From a virus (lineage: Duplodnaviria; Caudoviricetes): DNA of 64,000 nucleotides. Positions 9,529 through 18,410 of the stretch are shown one piece after another; position 1 is the stretch's first letter; every line of letters begins with the position of its first letter. Location of the stretch: IMG/VR virus record IMGVR_UViG_3300037067_006113, positions 51,272-115,271 of that record; one strand, written 5' to 3'. The translations under genes were made by a program, and so were the position numbers. Under the pieces are notes generated by a model. The model was not told where the DNA came from, ran no database searches, and saw nothing but the letters and a program-made list of their open reading frames with translations.

Positions 9529-9927
9529 TTAGTTGTCACTATTTATATAATCTTCGTAAGACAACTCATTAAAAGTTATTTTTTTTCCTACTCCAACTTT
9601 AATAATATTATTTTCTACCTCTATTTTTCCACTATCTGATCTGTTTTCTCCTGCCCAATAAATAACCCCAGACAACTTAATATCTTTTGGTGCAAAAAAG
9701 TTTTCAATTAACCAATGTAACCACTCAACATAACTATAGAAGTTTTCACTCCCGTCCCATCGTAAATGTTTCCCGTCTTTAGTTATTTCCCATTGGCAAT
9801 AATAATCAGGTTTAGACTTATCATTTCTGTGATCTGCTTGGTGTATTTTTTCAAACTTATTAAATTCATTGAGAGTAACTTGGCGACTCAAATTTAACTT
9901 ACCTTCAAAATTAGTATTGTAACCCAT
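9529..9927 (-). CDS. conserved phage hypothetical protein
   Basis: MGYNT.F.G...YCQW...WDG.E.FY.YVEWL..LI...L.G.I.W.GE pattern. Confidence 0.75.
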   Translation of the reverse strand: MGYNTNFEGKLNLSRQVTLNEFNKFEKIHQADHRNDKSKPDYYCQWEITKDGKHLRWDGSENFYSYVEWLHWLIENFFAPKDIKLSGVIYWAGENRSDSGKIEVENNIIKVGVGKKITFNELSYEDYINSDN

Positions 9928-9950
9928 AATATAATTCCCCCTTAAATTTA

Positions 9951-10469
9951 TTACTTGGTTGATTTCTTACAGCCTCCTTTTTCACGAACCTTTAAAGCAA
10001 CCCATGCTTCATCTGTCTTAGTACATACGTTATAAGAAAAACCTGCTATAGACGGTCTATCAAACTCATCAGGTAAAACTATATCCCAAAATTTTCTTCT
10101 CTCCTCCCATTCTTTATAAGAAACTCTTGAAGGCTTATCAGTTTGATTTTGATAGTGATAATCGGTTAATTCACCCTTAAAAACTCTACGTCTTAACTTG
10201 TCACTCACACCGAAAAACTGAAGATAAATTTCCCCATTAACAGGAAACGCTACAGCAGAAGTTTCTAGATTAAATGGACTTCTATACCCTTTTAACGTTT
10301 CTTCTTGTAGTTTGTATAAGATTTCTAGATATGTCATATTTTCTGTATACAAGGCGAGCTCTTTAGATATTTCCTCTATAAACTCTATTCTTAGTTGTTT
10401 GAGTTTACCTAGTAAAACCTCAAAACTTGTTCCATTCCATTTATATGCGTTATATATTTTAGTGCTCAT
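9951..10469 (-). CDS. conserved phage hypothetical protein
   Basis: MSTKIYNAY...DYHYQNQTDKP...EW..R...WD pattern. Confidence 0.75.
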   Translation of the reverse strand: MSTKIYNAYKWNGTSFEVLLGKLKQLRIEFIEEISKELALYTENMTYLEILYKLQEETLKGYRSPFNLETSAVAFPVNGEIYLQFFGVSDKLRRRVFKGELTDYHYQNQTDKPSRVSYKEWEERRKFWDIVLPDEFDRPSIAGFSYNVCTKTDEAWVALKVREKGGCKKSTK

Positions 10470-10525
10470 TGGTTTTTCCTTTCACAGCAACATTGCTGGC
10501 GAGTGTATACTTGTTCTTTATTCAT

Positions 10526-10897
10526 TTACTTTTCCTTTTCTGAACTTAATAAATTGGCTTTGAATTGGTCTTTAAGACTGACTATACTTTCTAAATTAAA
10601 GCGAGGGTTTTTAAGCAGCCATACCACAAACTCGTCTAATATATCCATACAGGCTTTAGTTTGGAGGGCGGAGAGTTCTTTAATCAATTCTTTATAGTAT
10701 TCCTCTCTTTGGAGAACAGAACAGTAACTATCGCTATACATAGAACTTGCATGAATACCATTATTATTTAAGACTTCTTCTATTTCCTCATTAGTTTTAC
10801 CCTTTCTTAGATATTTTGCTTCTTCAGGTGTAACTAGAAATCCGTATGGAATGTTAATACCATCTTTAACCATTAATTTTATGCAGTTCCTTATCAT
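10526..10897 (-). CDS. hypothetical protein
   Basis: AAGGA SD, packed run. Confidence 0.6.
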   Translation of the reverse strand: MIRNCIKLMVKDGINIPYGFLVTPEEAKYLRKGKTNEEIEEVLNNNGIHASSMYSDSYCSVLQREEYYKELIKELSALQTKACMDILDEFVVWLLKNPRFNLESIVSLKDQFKANLLSSEKEK

Positions 10898-11187
10898 TAG
10901 TTTATTTTCCTTATATTAAACCAAATACTCTTGCTCCAATAATTAAAAGAAACACAATAGTAAAATATCTAAAACAATGTTCATTAATTATAGAAAGTAA
11001 TATAGCTATAAGTATCATTGCATAGTAAAACCAATTCATACATTCCCCCATATAAATTTATTACTCATTGGTTGGATTGCTTTCAGCATATTAAATAAAT
11101 ATTCTTTCCAACCGGCGAATTTAATTCCCCATTACAAGTGCTATCTAAAAGGTTTCCATAATTAATTACAGATGTTGCTAAAAACAT

Positions 11188-11700
11188 TTATTTCCCCTCC
11201 TCCGGTGTAGTTTGTTGAGAGAGATAATCGGGTATTATTTTGTCCAACTCCTCCAAGCAACTACCGCAAAATTTTTGGTCTTTTTCATCTCTATTAGAAA
11301 AATCAAATTGACTACAGTATTTTACAAACCCCTCAACCGCTTCCCTTTTTATTTTTCCCTCATCAAGATTTAGGTAGGGTAAGAAGAATTGCCAAATGTC
11401 ATTGAACCTATTAACTTCTTGTGCGTTATAGATTGCACCAGTTCCCTTTTTTCCTTTACCACCTACCTGATTTCCTCTAAAGTCAAAAAACTTTGCGAAT
11501 TCTTCCTTCACTTTTTCCACATCGATCCTTTGGATTATGCTAGGAGTAATTTTCTCAATTATCTTTTGTGCTTGTCGTTCTATCAACAGTTCCGAAACTG
11601 CGGTTGTTACACCCATTGCTTCTTCTTCCGCTCTTAGTATTTCTTTTATTTCCTCAACCCTAGTGGTTTTATTTAATTGTTCTTTAGCTTTGTTGGTCAT
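11188..11700 (-). CDS. hypothetical protein
   Basis: 170-aa ORF. Confidence 0.65.
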   Translation of the reverse strand: MTNKAKEQLNKTTRVEEIKEILRAEEEAMGVTTAVSELLIERQAQKIIEKITPSIIQRIDVEKVKEEFAKFFDFRGNQVGGKGKKGTGAIYNAQEVNRFNDIWQFFLPYLNLDEGKIKREAVEGFVKYCSQFDFSNRDEKDQKFCGSCLEELDKIIPDYLSQQTTPEEGK

Positions 11701-11718
11701 AATTTTTTATTTATATAA

Positions 11719-12288
11719 TTAAACCTTAAATATTGTTTCTTTATTTTCTGGATCAACCATTTTCTTGAAAGTATCTATTATTGGTTTAAATCTTTTATCT
11801 TTTTCAAGTTCTTCCTTAGACATTCCTTTCATTTCTTCCATAGTTTTCTCAAATTTTTCTGCGACTGTTAATGGTTTTTCGCCAGTAACTAATCCTTTAA
11901 CAAATTCCTTTGCCTCTTCTGGTACAGAGAACTCTATATACGCATAAGTACAATCAAAATCATCATCATAATCACGAATATAGTTAGGGTGCTGTTTTAA
12001 TATATCAAACACCCAAAAGTATCCTTCTCTATTTCCGCCACCATTTCTTGTATATAAAATTATCTTTGAACCATCCTCATTTAGGTAAATATCTCTAAAT
12101 CTTCCTGTTGGATATTGTTTATTCTCTATACAATTATGAATGTATGTTTCTCCTGCCTTTGTCATGCCTTCGTCATATGGAATCCACTCTTTTGGATAAC
12201 TAATTCCTTTATCATTATCTAAATCTAATATCTGTTTTAATATTTCTGCTTGTGGGTTCATCCCATGTAGCATATTATAAAGACTCAT
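11719..12288 (-). CDS. conserved phage hypothetical protein
   Basis: MSLYNML.G...GRFRD...YTRNGGGNRE...HPNY..D.DDDFD.TYA pattern. Confidence 0.75.
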   Translation of the reverse strand: MSLYNMLHGMNPQAEILKQILDLDNDKGISYPKEWIPYDEGMTKAGETYIHNCIENKQYPTGRFRDIYLNEDGSKIILYTRNGGGNREGYFWVFDILKQHPNYIRDYDDDFDCTYAYIEFSVPEEAKEFVKGLVTGEKPLTVAEKFEKTMEEMKGMSKEELEKDKRFKPIIDTFKKMVDPENKETIFKV

Positions 12289-12884
12289 AATTCCTCCAGT
12301 CTTAACTTATTAGTTACTTCTTTTAATTTTTCTATAACTTCAGGACTATCAAATAATTTAGATTTAACAGCTGATTGAATAGATAACAGTATTTCCATAC
12401 TTTTAGCTTCAATATCTGTTTTCAATCGGTCAAACGAAAACCATATAAACATTGGATTTCCAAATGTATATGTTTGGGTTATACCAGTAATTTGACCGCG
12501 TTTATCTATATCTTCAATTTTCTCAACGACACAAATGACCCCAGCGTGTGCCATATTTTGATATATAGTATCGCCGTCGCGTTTGATTGTAACTTCAATA
12601 TTCGTCTTTTCTGATACCTGTTCTCCTGATTGGTTATATATTTTATTGATACCAGTCGGTTTTGCCTCATTGCCTTTTAATGTTTGGTATTCATCTTCAA
12701 GGTGCTCTCGTTCCATAATTACTTTTCTACGTCTTAATCCATTCTCCATTTTTTGAGCCTGTGATCTAATATGGTGTAGCCTTTTAACAATATCTAAACC
12801 GTTTAGATTACCAGTTTTCCTAGCATTATCCATTTCCTCTATACATTTATCTACGTTGTAACAAATAGTTTCTTCGTATTTCAT
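12285..12884 (-). CDS. hypothetical protein
   Basis: 199-aa ORF. Confidence 0.7.
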   Translation of the reverse strand: MKYEETICYNVDKCIEEMDNARKTGNLNGLDIVKRLHHIRSQAQKMENGLRRRKVIMEREHLEDEYQTLKGNEAKPTGINKIYNQSGEQVSEKTNIEVTIKRDGDTIYQNMAHAGVICVVEKIEDIDKRGQITGITQTYTFGNPMFIWFSFDRLKTDIEAKSMEILLSIQSAVKSKLFDSPEVIEKLKEVTNKLRLEEL

Positions 12885-12886
12885 AT

Positions 12887-13075
12887 TTATATCTTAATAG
12901 CTTTTACTGTTAAACTTTTAATTTTCTTAGACTTACCTTTTGTTTCTTTTAAGAACTTTCTGTACTCAGCTACAGCACGTCTTATTGCGACTGGAAAATC
13001 CCAACCAGACATTCTAAACTCTTTAGATACTGGATACGGTAATTCTGCTGTAACTGTGACTAAATAATAATTCAT
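12887..13075 (-). CDS. hypothetical protein
   Basis: GAGGT SD. Confidence 0.6.
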   Translation of the reverse strand: MNYYLVTVTAELPYPVSKEFRMSGWDFPVAIRRAVAEYRKFLKETKGKSKKIKSLTVKAIKI

Positions 13076-13077
13076 AA

Positions 13078-13521
13078 TTACCTCACAAACCTAACATTAT
13101 GTATTCTTTGTGGTCTAACTACTGGTTTCTGTAAGTACGGTTCAATCTTATCAATATGTTGTTTAGCTTCTTCCATAGAACTAAATAGATCTTCTATTTT
13201 ATTACCCTTCGGATCAGTTATTTCAAAGTAGAACCGATAATCCTCAATCATACAATCTTTATATGGTTCTATCCAACGTGCTGTATCAGGATATACTGAT
13301 TTAATCCTACGTTTTGCCTCTTGATCTACTTCTCTCTTTTTATCCTCTTCAGTGCCACCAATTTCTAATAATGCCTTAATTTGTTTTCGCAGTCTTTCAT
13401 CTTCTGAATGAGCATATACAATAATCATTAAGAAGAAGAATGCTAGAAATACACTATGCGTTAGAGCCCATATTATAATAGTTGTTTCAGCAATAATCCT
13501 CTTCGTCACTATTGTCTGCAT
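13078..13521 (-). CDS. hypothetical membrane protein
   Basis: N-terminal TM. Confidence 0.6.
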   Translation of the reverse strand: MQTIVTKRIIAETTIIIWALTHSVFLAFFFLMIIVYAHSEDERLRKQIKALLEIGGTEEDKKREVDQEAKRRIKSVYPDTARWIEPYKDCMIEDYRFYFEITDPKGNKIEDLFSSMEEAKQHIDKIEPYLQKPVVRPQRIHNVRFVR

Positions 13522-13750
13522 ATATATCTATACCTACCTTTCTTAAAGTTTGAGCAATAACAACTTTTTCTTGTTTTCTATCACTTCTTTTAATATAGTC
13601 TTGAAGACTAATATCTTCTAAATCCTCTTTAGTAATTGGAATATCATTAAACTTTTCTAACTCTCTAAGTAGAGTAGTATTAGTTGTATTTTTAATAGGT
13701 AAATTTATACGCGTACAGTTATGAGTTTTGATTGTTTGTATATGTTTCAT
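13487..13750 (-). CDS. hypothetical protein
   Basis: first ORF downstream of promoter at 13800-13828. Confidence 0.6.
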   Translation of the reverse strand: MKHIQTIKTHNCTRINLPIKNTTNTTLLRELEKFNDIPITKEDLEDISLQDYIKRSDRKQEKVVIAQTLRKVGIDIYADNSDEEDYC

Positions 13751-13799
13751 TTTTCATTTTCAATTTAATATCAATTCAAAATTCTCAACTTACAACGAC

Positions 13800-13828
13800 A
13801 TTATATCACAAACTTATTAACTTTTCAA
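13800..13828 (-). promoter_or_regulatory. sigma70-type promoter (TTGAAA-17-TGaTATAAT)
   Basis: Near-consensus -35 and extended -10. Confidence 0.7.
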
Positions 13829-13840
13829 TAATGGGTTGCC

Positions 13841-13904
13841 AATTCAGAATTTCATTAGAGCACATTCGCGAGCTTTAACGAATATGCTCTATCAAACTCC
13901 AATT
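13841..13904 (-). repeat. intergenic hairpin family 1, copy 1
   Basis: GGAGTT-TGA-TAGAGCATATTCG(loop)CGAATGTGCTCTA-ATGA-AATTCT. Confidence 0.8.
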
Positions 13905-13907
13905 GAG

Positions 13908-14159
13908 TTATTTATCTATGTTATCTTCAAAGTATTCTTGTAGATTACGTGGTAACCTTTCACCGCATAAACGACAAGCAAAATAAACTTCCGAAGTCTC
14001 AGCCCCATCAAGTTCATCGTCTATATTCCAATTACCTTTATCATCTTGTGTATAATAAATATAGTTTGTACAACCATCCTGTACAAGCATTAAATTGTTC
14101 TTAAGATCTTCTCCACAATGTGGGCACTTAAACTCTAATTCTGGTTCTGGTGTTGGCAT
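13908..14159 (-). CDS. acidic zinc-ribbon protein
   Basis: CPHCG...CRLCG; GGAGGTG SD. Confidence 0.7.
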   Translation of the reverse strand: MPTPEPELEFKCPHCGEDLKNNLMLVQDGCTNYIYYTQDDKGNWNIDDELDGAETSEVYFACRLCGERLPRNLQEYFEDNIDK

Positions 14160-14196
14160 ATACTATTCACCTCCTACTATTATTAAATAATTACTT

Positions 14197-14249
14197 TAAG
14201 AGTCTCATCTGATAGGTCAAATTAAATTAACCTATCAGTCAAACCCTTA
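14197..14249 (-). repeat. intergenic hairpin family 1, copy 2
   Basis: TAAGGGTT-TGA-CTGATAGGT(loop)ACCTATCAG-ATGA-GACTCTTA. Confidence 0.8.
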
Positions 14250-14492
14250 GTCTACTGGCAGTTCCTCTATAAATTCAGTTATATCTTCCTGTTCTTCTTC
14301 AGGTAATTTGTTAAATATTTCTACGTCTTCGTCAGAATCCCAGTCCCAGTCACTTTCGTCTTCACTGAACCTACCTACATTATTATTTTCTACTTCCCAT
14401 TTGGTACAATGAAGTAACACCCCACCATCTAGTTTGATTGTGTAATTAGTTACAACTTTTCTATATTCTGTACTTTGTTCTATTACTTCCAT
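14247..14492 (-). CDS. small very acidic protein
   Basis: ~25 D/E vs 6 K/R in 81 aa; GAGGTG SD. Confidence 0.7.
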   Translation of the reverse strand: MEVIEQSTEYRKVVTNYTIKLDGGVLLHCTKWEVENNNVGRFSEDESDWDWDSDEDVEIFNKLPEEEQEDITEFIEELPVD

Positions 14493-14546
14493 TTTTAATC
14501 ACCTCTTCCTAGTTGTCACGGCAACATGATAAATTAAATACTTTAA

Positions 14547-14582
14547 TCATATACATATAATGGATCTTTTGTATGTATCATC
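14547..14582 (-). repeat. intergenic hairpin family 1, degenerate copy
   Basis: TGA-TACATA(loop)TATGTA-T-ATGA; the TGA is the upstream stop codon. Confidence 0.45.
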
Positions 14583-14799
14583 CTATAATCTTAAGTTCAA
14601 TCTCATCTTTACCTATATTGTTTTCCCATTCTTCAATCAACTCTTCATTGGTGTAATCTTTATAACCCTTATACCCATTCATTAAGGTTATAGATAAATA
14701 ATCCTCATTACCTAAAAAGTGTTCAACTTCGTCCTCTATGAGTTCGTCAATAACTTCTTCTCTAGTCTTTTCAACAACTTCTTTATTTTCGGTTTTCAT
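14578..14799 (-). CDS. small acidic protein
   Basis: ~22 D/E vs 8 K/R; start ATG 14799 after GGTGGTGA. Confidence 0.7.
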   Translation of the reverse strand: MKTENKEVVEKTREEVIDELIEDEVEHFLGNEDYLSITLMNGYKGYKDYTNEELIEEWENNIGKDEIELKIIG

Positions 14800-14833
14800 A
14801 ATTAACTCACCACCCTTCAATAATTTTATACAC

Positions 14834-14892
14834 TTAGAAATTAATCACTATACACTTGCGAGATTTAACAAGTGTATAGTGTCAACCTCTAA
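14834..14892 (-). repeat. intergenic hairpin family 1, copy 3
   Basis: TTAGAGGT-TGA-CACTATACACTTG(loop)CAAGTGTATAGTG-ATTA-ATTTCTAA. Confidence 0.8.
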
Positions 14893-14928
14893 ATTAAAAA
14901 ATCAGGCTAAATTAACTTAAAGAATAAC

Positions 14929-15486
14929 TTACCAACTTGAACTATATGAGAATTCTCCACCTTCAGCGATAGCTTCCTCACATATTTTCTTAGTTAGTTC
15001 TAGATCTGCAATATAATACTCATCGTATCCGGTAGATCCGAAAAAGCAACCTTCAGTTGTTGGTAACAATTCTTGTGCAACAGACGGATCTTTTATATAT
15101 CTACCCTTTACCATTATTGGAATTTTCTTACCGTTTTCATCAAAATTATATCCATTCTGGATTTCTCCTTTAACCAACTTTGACGCATTAAGAACTTTAT
15201 TTACAGTATCCAAAAGGTTTTGTAGATTTTCTGTAGTTACATAATATTCTTTGCAGTCGTCATTTCCATTTTGGATATTATCAACAAACCATTTATGGAT
15301 TGCATTAGCTTTACGCCAATAGCCAACTCTTTCAACTATTTCTGTTATTCTTTCTTCCTTTATTACTTTAGTTGGAAAGATAACGCCCTTCTGATTATTT
15401 GGAACTATTATTTTTACTCTTTGTTCTGGCTTACGGTATTCGTTTCCAATATATGTTTTCTTATTCAAATACATGTCTAAACCCAT
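14929..15486 (-). CDS. conserved phage hypothetical protein (stem-enclosed cassette 1)
   Basis: MGLDMYL...YWRKANAIHKWFV...DDC..Y...LLPT..G.FFGS..YD..Y...SSW pattern. Confidence 0.8.
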   Translation of the reverse strand: MGLDMYLNKKTYIGNEYRKPEQRVKIIVPNNQKGVIFPTKVIKEERITEIVERVGYWRKANAIHKWFVDNIQNGNDDCKEYYVTTENLQNLLDTVNKVLNASKLVKGEIQNGYNFDENGKKIPIMVKGRYIKDPSVAQELLPTTEGCFFGSTGYDEYYIADLELTKKICEEAIAEGGEFSYSSSW

Positions 15487-15557
15487 ATATATTCTTTCTG
15501 CCTGATTTTGTTTTCAACGTACAACTTAATTTAATAAAATATTTTACCTATTAAAGG

Positions 15558-15932
15558 TTATAATTCTGCTTCAAATTCGCATTTTCCTTCCTTCTTAACG
15601 CATTCTAAGATTTCATTTCCTAATCCTAATCTTGCATACCACTCTAGTAACTCTTTTGCCTTGTTAAGGGGAACGTTTAATTCTTTAACTATCATTTCAT
15701 CGTTATAACCATTGTTATCTTTAAAGAATTTATCTAATTTATCTTTATATTCTCCTAATTTTTTAATACATTTTCTAATACCTTTTTCTATACTTTCTAG
15801 ATCACTTGTCTCAAAATAATAGTTAAGATAATTTGGTTCACTTTCAATACCTCCAAAAAAACTTGCGTCATTTGAGGCCTGAACACCAAACCAAAACTTT
15901 CCTTCTATATCTCCACTATAATATCTACCCAT
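15558..15932 (-). CDS. conserved phage hypothetical protein
   Basis: MGRYYSGDIEGKFWFGVQ.S.DA..FG...YARL.LG..I..C.....C.F.AEL pattern. Confidence 0.8.
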   Translation of the reverse strand: MGRYYSGDIEGKFWFGVQASNDASFFGGIESEPNYLNYYFETSDLESIEKGIRKCIKKLGEYKDKLDKFFKDNNGYNDEMIVKELNVPLNKAKELLEWYARLGLGNEILECVKKEGKCEFEAEL

Positions 15933-15963
15933 ACTTATTCACCTTCTTTCAATTAAATTATTT

Positions 15964-16004
15964 ACTAGCCACAAGGTAGAATAAATCTACCCTGTCCGCC
16001 AATC
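15964..16004 (-). repeat. intergenic hairpin family 2, copy 1
   Basis: GATTGGC-GG-ACAGGGTAGA(TTTAT)TCTACCTTGT-G-GCTAGT. Confidence 0.65.
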
Positions 16005-16161
16005 TATAATTGACCTAACATGTAGTAGCATGAGTTAAGTTTGTGTTCTATTTCCTCTGATTTAATTCCTGCTATATTGAACAAACTTAATATACTTTTA
16101 TACTTATCTATGAGACCTTGAACATATTTATAATTGCTCATATATTCTCCTAATTAAATAC

Positions 16162-16214
16162 TTTAGAAATTCATCAGGAACTATGAATTATCATAATTCC
16201 TGTCAACCCCTAAA
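16162..16214 (-). repeat. intergenic hairpin family 1, copy 4
   Basis: TTTAGGGGT-TGA-CAGGAATTATGA(TAAT)TCATAGTTCCTG-ATGA-ATTTCTAAA. Confidence 0.8.
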
Positions 16215-16244
16215 TTAAAAAATCAGGTAAAAACAATTCAGTGA

Positions 16245-16550
16245 TTATTTTTCTTTCTGTTCCATAAGAATGTTGCCTACCACATCCCACTCTGCCAGTT
16301 CGCCTAATAGAACATTACCTTTTAATACATTGAAATGTGGATTTCTAACGTTTTTTTCATTAAAACGTGCCTCCTCGTCACCCCACATTGTACATTTACC
16401 ATAACCCAATCCTTTATAATAATCGGTTGGTATTATTTCAACAAATGTACACTGAAGTATGCGGTATAGTTCCTCTAAACTCTTTTTCTTTTTTGAAACA
16501 CCTAAATCTTTTTTAGATCCGTCTTGCTTTAATAAAATATATTTATACAT
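16245..16550 (-). CDS. DUF3846-like protein (stem-enclosed cassette 2)
   Basis: SLEEL...C..VEII...MWGDEEAR...RNP...VVGNIL. Confidence 0.7.
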   Translation of the reverse strand: MYKYILLKQDGSKKDLGVSKKKKSLEELYRILQCTFVEIIPTDYYKGLGYGKCTMWGDEEARFNEKNVRNPHFNVLKGNVLLGELAEWDVVGNILMEQKEK

Positions 16551-16601
16551 ATAAATAGACCTTTCTACCTGATTTTATTTTTAATGTGCTATCTTAAACT
16601 T

Positions 16602-16919
16602 TTAATCCCACCACAATCTAACTACAACCATATTTCCGCCTATTACTGGTATAATTGTATAATCATATTCATTAGCCGACATAGCAATTTTTCCTATTGC
16701 TAACGCTCTCTTATCAATTCCCAGAAGACTGATAACCAAAGTGTCTCTTTCATTCTTCCAGTAATTTATACCTTCTATATCTACAAAATTATAAACACCG
16801 ACCTCTTCGTCTAGTAGTTCTTTCAGCACTTTTCCACCTGGACAGTTATTAAACTCCTCCTCTATTTTAAGTGAGCTATCTTTTATATTTTCTTCTGTTA
16901 AACGCATATATTTATTCAC
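16602..16919 (-). CDS. hypothetical protein
   Basis: ends in RLWWD motif. Confidence 0.65.
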   Translation of the reverse strand: MNKYMRLTEENIKDSSLKIEEEFNNCPGGKVLKELLDEEVGVYNFVDIEGINYWKNERDTLVISLLGIDKRALAIGKIAMSANEYDYTIIPVIGGNMVVVRLWWD

Positions 16920-16947
16920 CTACAATCTATAATAATTTAATAAGATA

Positions 16948-17081
16948 CTGATACGAAGCAAAGGGCGAGGATTTGCACCTCGCAAGTCTTATAGAAAAGG
17001 ATCAATTTTTCATCAGACTACCTGACTATTTCGTCTTCCGACTATTGCGTTACTACTTCCGCCACCTTTGCTTCTTATCAG
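16948..17081 (-). ncRNA. tRNA-mimic ncRNA with expanded anticodon domain
   Basis: Acceptor GCAAAGG/CCTTTGC extended by CTGATAAGAA/TTCGTATCAG; D arm GCG-GAAGTAGTAA-CGC; T arm CGAGG-TGCAAAT-CCTCG; ~60-nt multi-hairpin middle; no CCA. Confidence 0.7.
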
Positions 17082-17132
17082 AACCTCATCAAAGTAAATA
17101 TAATGTAAGTATATTCACTCTATCAAACTCTT
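17080..17132 (-). repeat. intergenic hairpin family 1, copy 5
   Basis: AAGAGTT-TGA-TAGAGTGAATATA(loop)TATATTTACTTTG-ATGA-GGTTCT. Confidence 0.7.
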
Positions 17133-17138
17133 ATAATT

Positions 17139-17205
17139 ACTAGCCAATTATTGTTAATAATCCCGCCCACTTGCAGACTAGCGAACAAATGGGCGAGAGC
17201 TAATC
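17139..17205 (-). repeat. intergenic hairpin family 2, copy 2 (branched)
   Basis: GATTAGC-TCTCGCCCATTTG(loop)CAAGTGGGCGGGA-TTATT(AAC)AATAA-TTG-GCTAGT. Confidence 0.6.
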
Positions 17206-17225
17206 TTATTACTTGCAATTATTCA

Positions 17226-17435
17226 TTATTCCAATGTTGTATGTTTATAAACGCCGTCCATTCTTAAATCGTCAATAAGACGTTCTGTATTTTGATATAA
17301 AATCTCAGTATCATTTATCTGTTCCAACTTTTCATATAGTTCGGTTGGAAAATTTTCCATTGACACATTTTGTACCTCTTGTGTTTTAGCCCAATTAGTT
17401 ATTATCTTTTTTTGACTTCCTGTTAGTTTTCTCAT
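17226..17435 (-). CDS. hypothetical protein
   Basis: GGGGGTGA SD. Confidence 0.65.
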   Translation of the reverse strand: MRKLTGSQKKIITNWAKTQEVQNVSMENFPTELYEKLEQINDTEILYQNTERLIDDLRMDGVYKHTTLE

Positions 17436-17466
17436 TTGATATCACCCCCTTAAATTAATTTTATAA

Positions 17467-17512
17467 ACTAACTACAAGGCGTAGCTCAAACTCTACGCCC
17501 TGTACGCTAATC
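17467..17512 (-). repeat. intergenic hairpin family 2, copy 3
   Basis: GATTAGC-G-TACAGGGCGTAG(loop)CTACGCCTTGTA-GTTAGT. Confidence 0.65.
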
Positions 17513-17877
17513 TACAATATAGGTTGACTTGAGCATTTACTGTTATATGGGTAATTATCTTGCTCTTTTTCAGTAGTTAAACATACACAAGTGCTATAGA
17601 GTAAATGCCAATGCATATCCATACCGCAACCACCAACTTTTACACTATCCCATGACATCTTATTGTTATAGCAAACATTGAGTAGCATATTATAGTGTAG
17701 AGTATTGAAATGTCTTAACATACCGGAACGGCTAACAGTCATAGAACAAACGACATTACCTTTTTTAATATCTTTTAGATAGTTTCTAGCGTCTTTTTTA
17801 AAATCTTCAAAACCATAATATCTGTTTTCGCCTTTTCTTTTATCAAAAATTGCTTGTAGTTTTTTATCACTTTTCAT
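17512..17877 (-). CDS. conserved phage hypothetical protein
   Basis: VSRSGM.R...VGGCGMDM motif; GGAGGTG SD. Confidence 0.75.
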   Translation of the reverse strand: MKSDKKLQAIFDKRKGENRYYGFEDFKKDARNYLKDIKKGNVVCSMTVSRSGMLRHFNTLHYNMLLNVCYNNKMSWDSVKVGGCGMDMHWHLLYSTCVCLTTEKEQDNYPYNSKCSSQPIL

Positions 17878-17910
17878 AAATTATTCACCTCCTTAAATAA
17901 AAATTATTCT

Positions 17911-18264
17911 TTAATTAGTGTCACTCTTATGAAGTAACGAGCTAACTTTGATTGTTCCAGCGTCAATAAGTCTATTTCGTTGCATATAGACAATCTCGCT
18001 TATTTTTTCCATTCCTATACTTGTGACCGTTCCTATAGCTTCGGCAATCGCCTTTTTTGCCGTTTCTTTTACTTGACTATTCGTTACGCGTAAACCTGTA
18101 GACAACTCGGATACGTCCCAGCTTTTATCGTAAATATAGGACTTATGAACTACAAAAGTAAAACCAAACATATCAAAGGCATGAAAACCTTTAACTTCTT
18201 GTTGTATTGGTTTATCCCGATTACCGTTATCTGTTACTGTAATATTAAATGTCATTTTTTTCAT
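17911..18264 (-). CDS. hypothetical protein
   Basis: W.VSELSTGL motif. Confidence 0.65.
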   Translation of the reverse strand: MKKMTFNITVTDNGNRDKPIQQEVKGFHAFDMFGFTFVVHKSYIYDKSWDVSELSTGLRVTNSQVKETAKKAIAEAIGTVTSIGMEKISEIVYMQRNRLIDAGTIKVSSLLHKSDTN

Positions 18265-18410
18265 ATTAAAAACCTTTCAAAAATTTATACTAATTCAAAC
18301 TTTTTATACCTTCCACACTTTTGGCAATATTCCACTTTATATACTTTCATAAGCGGATTTTGCCATTTATAACTTATTATTATAGGTTTTCTACATTTAC
18401 ACTTAATCAT

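Noticed and set aside
16995-17035. Hammerhead ribozyme (GAAA and CTGATGA on minus strand)
   Set aside because: Only 12 nt separate GAAA from CTGATGA, too few for stems III and I; the region is better explained as part of the tRNA mimic
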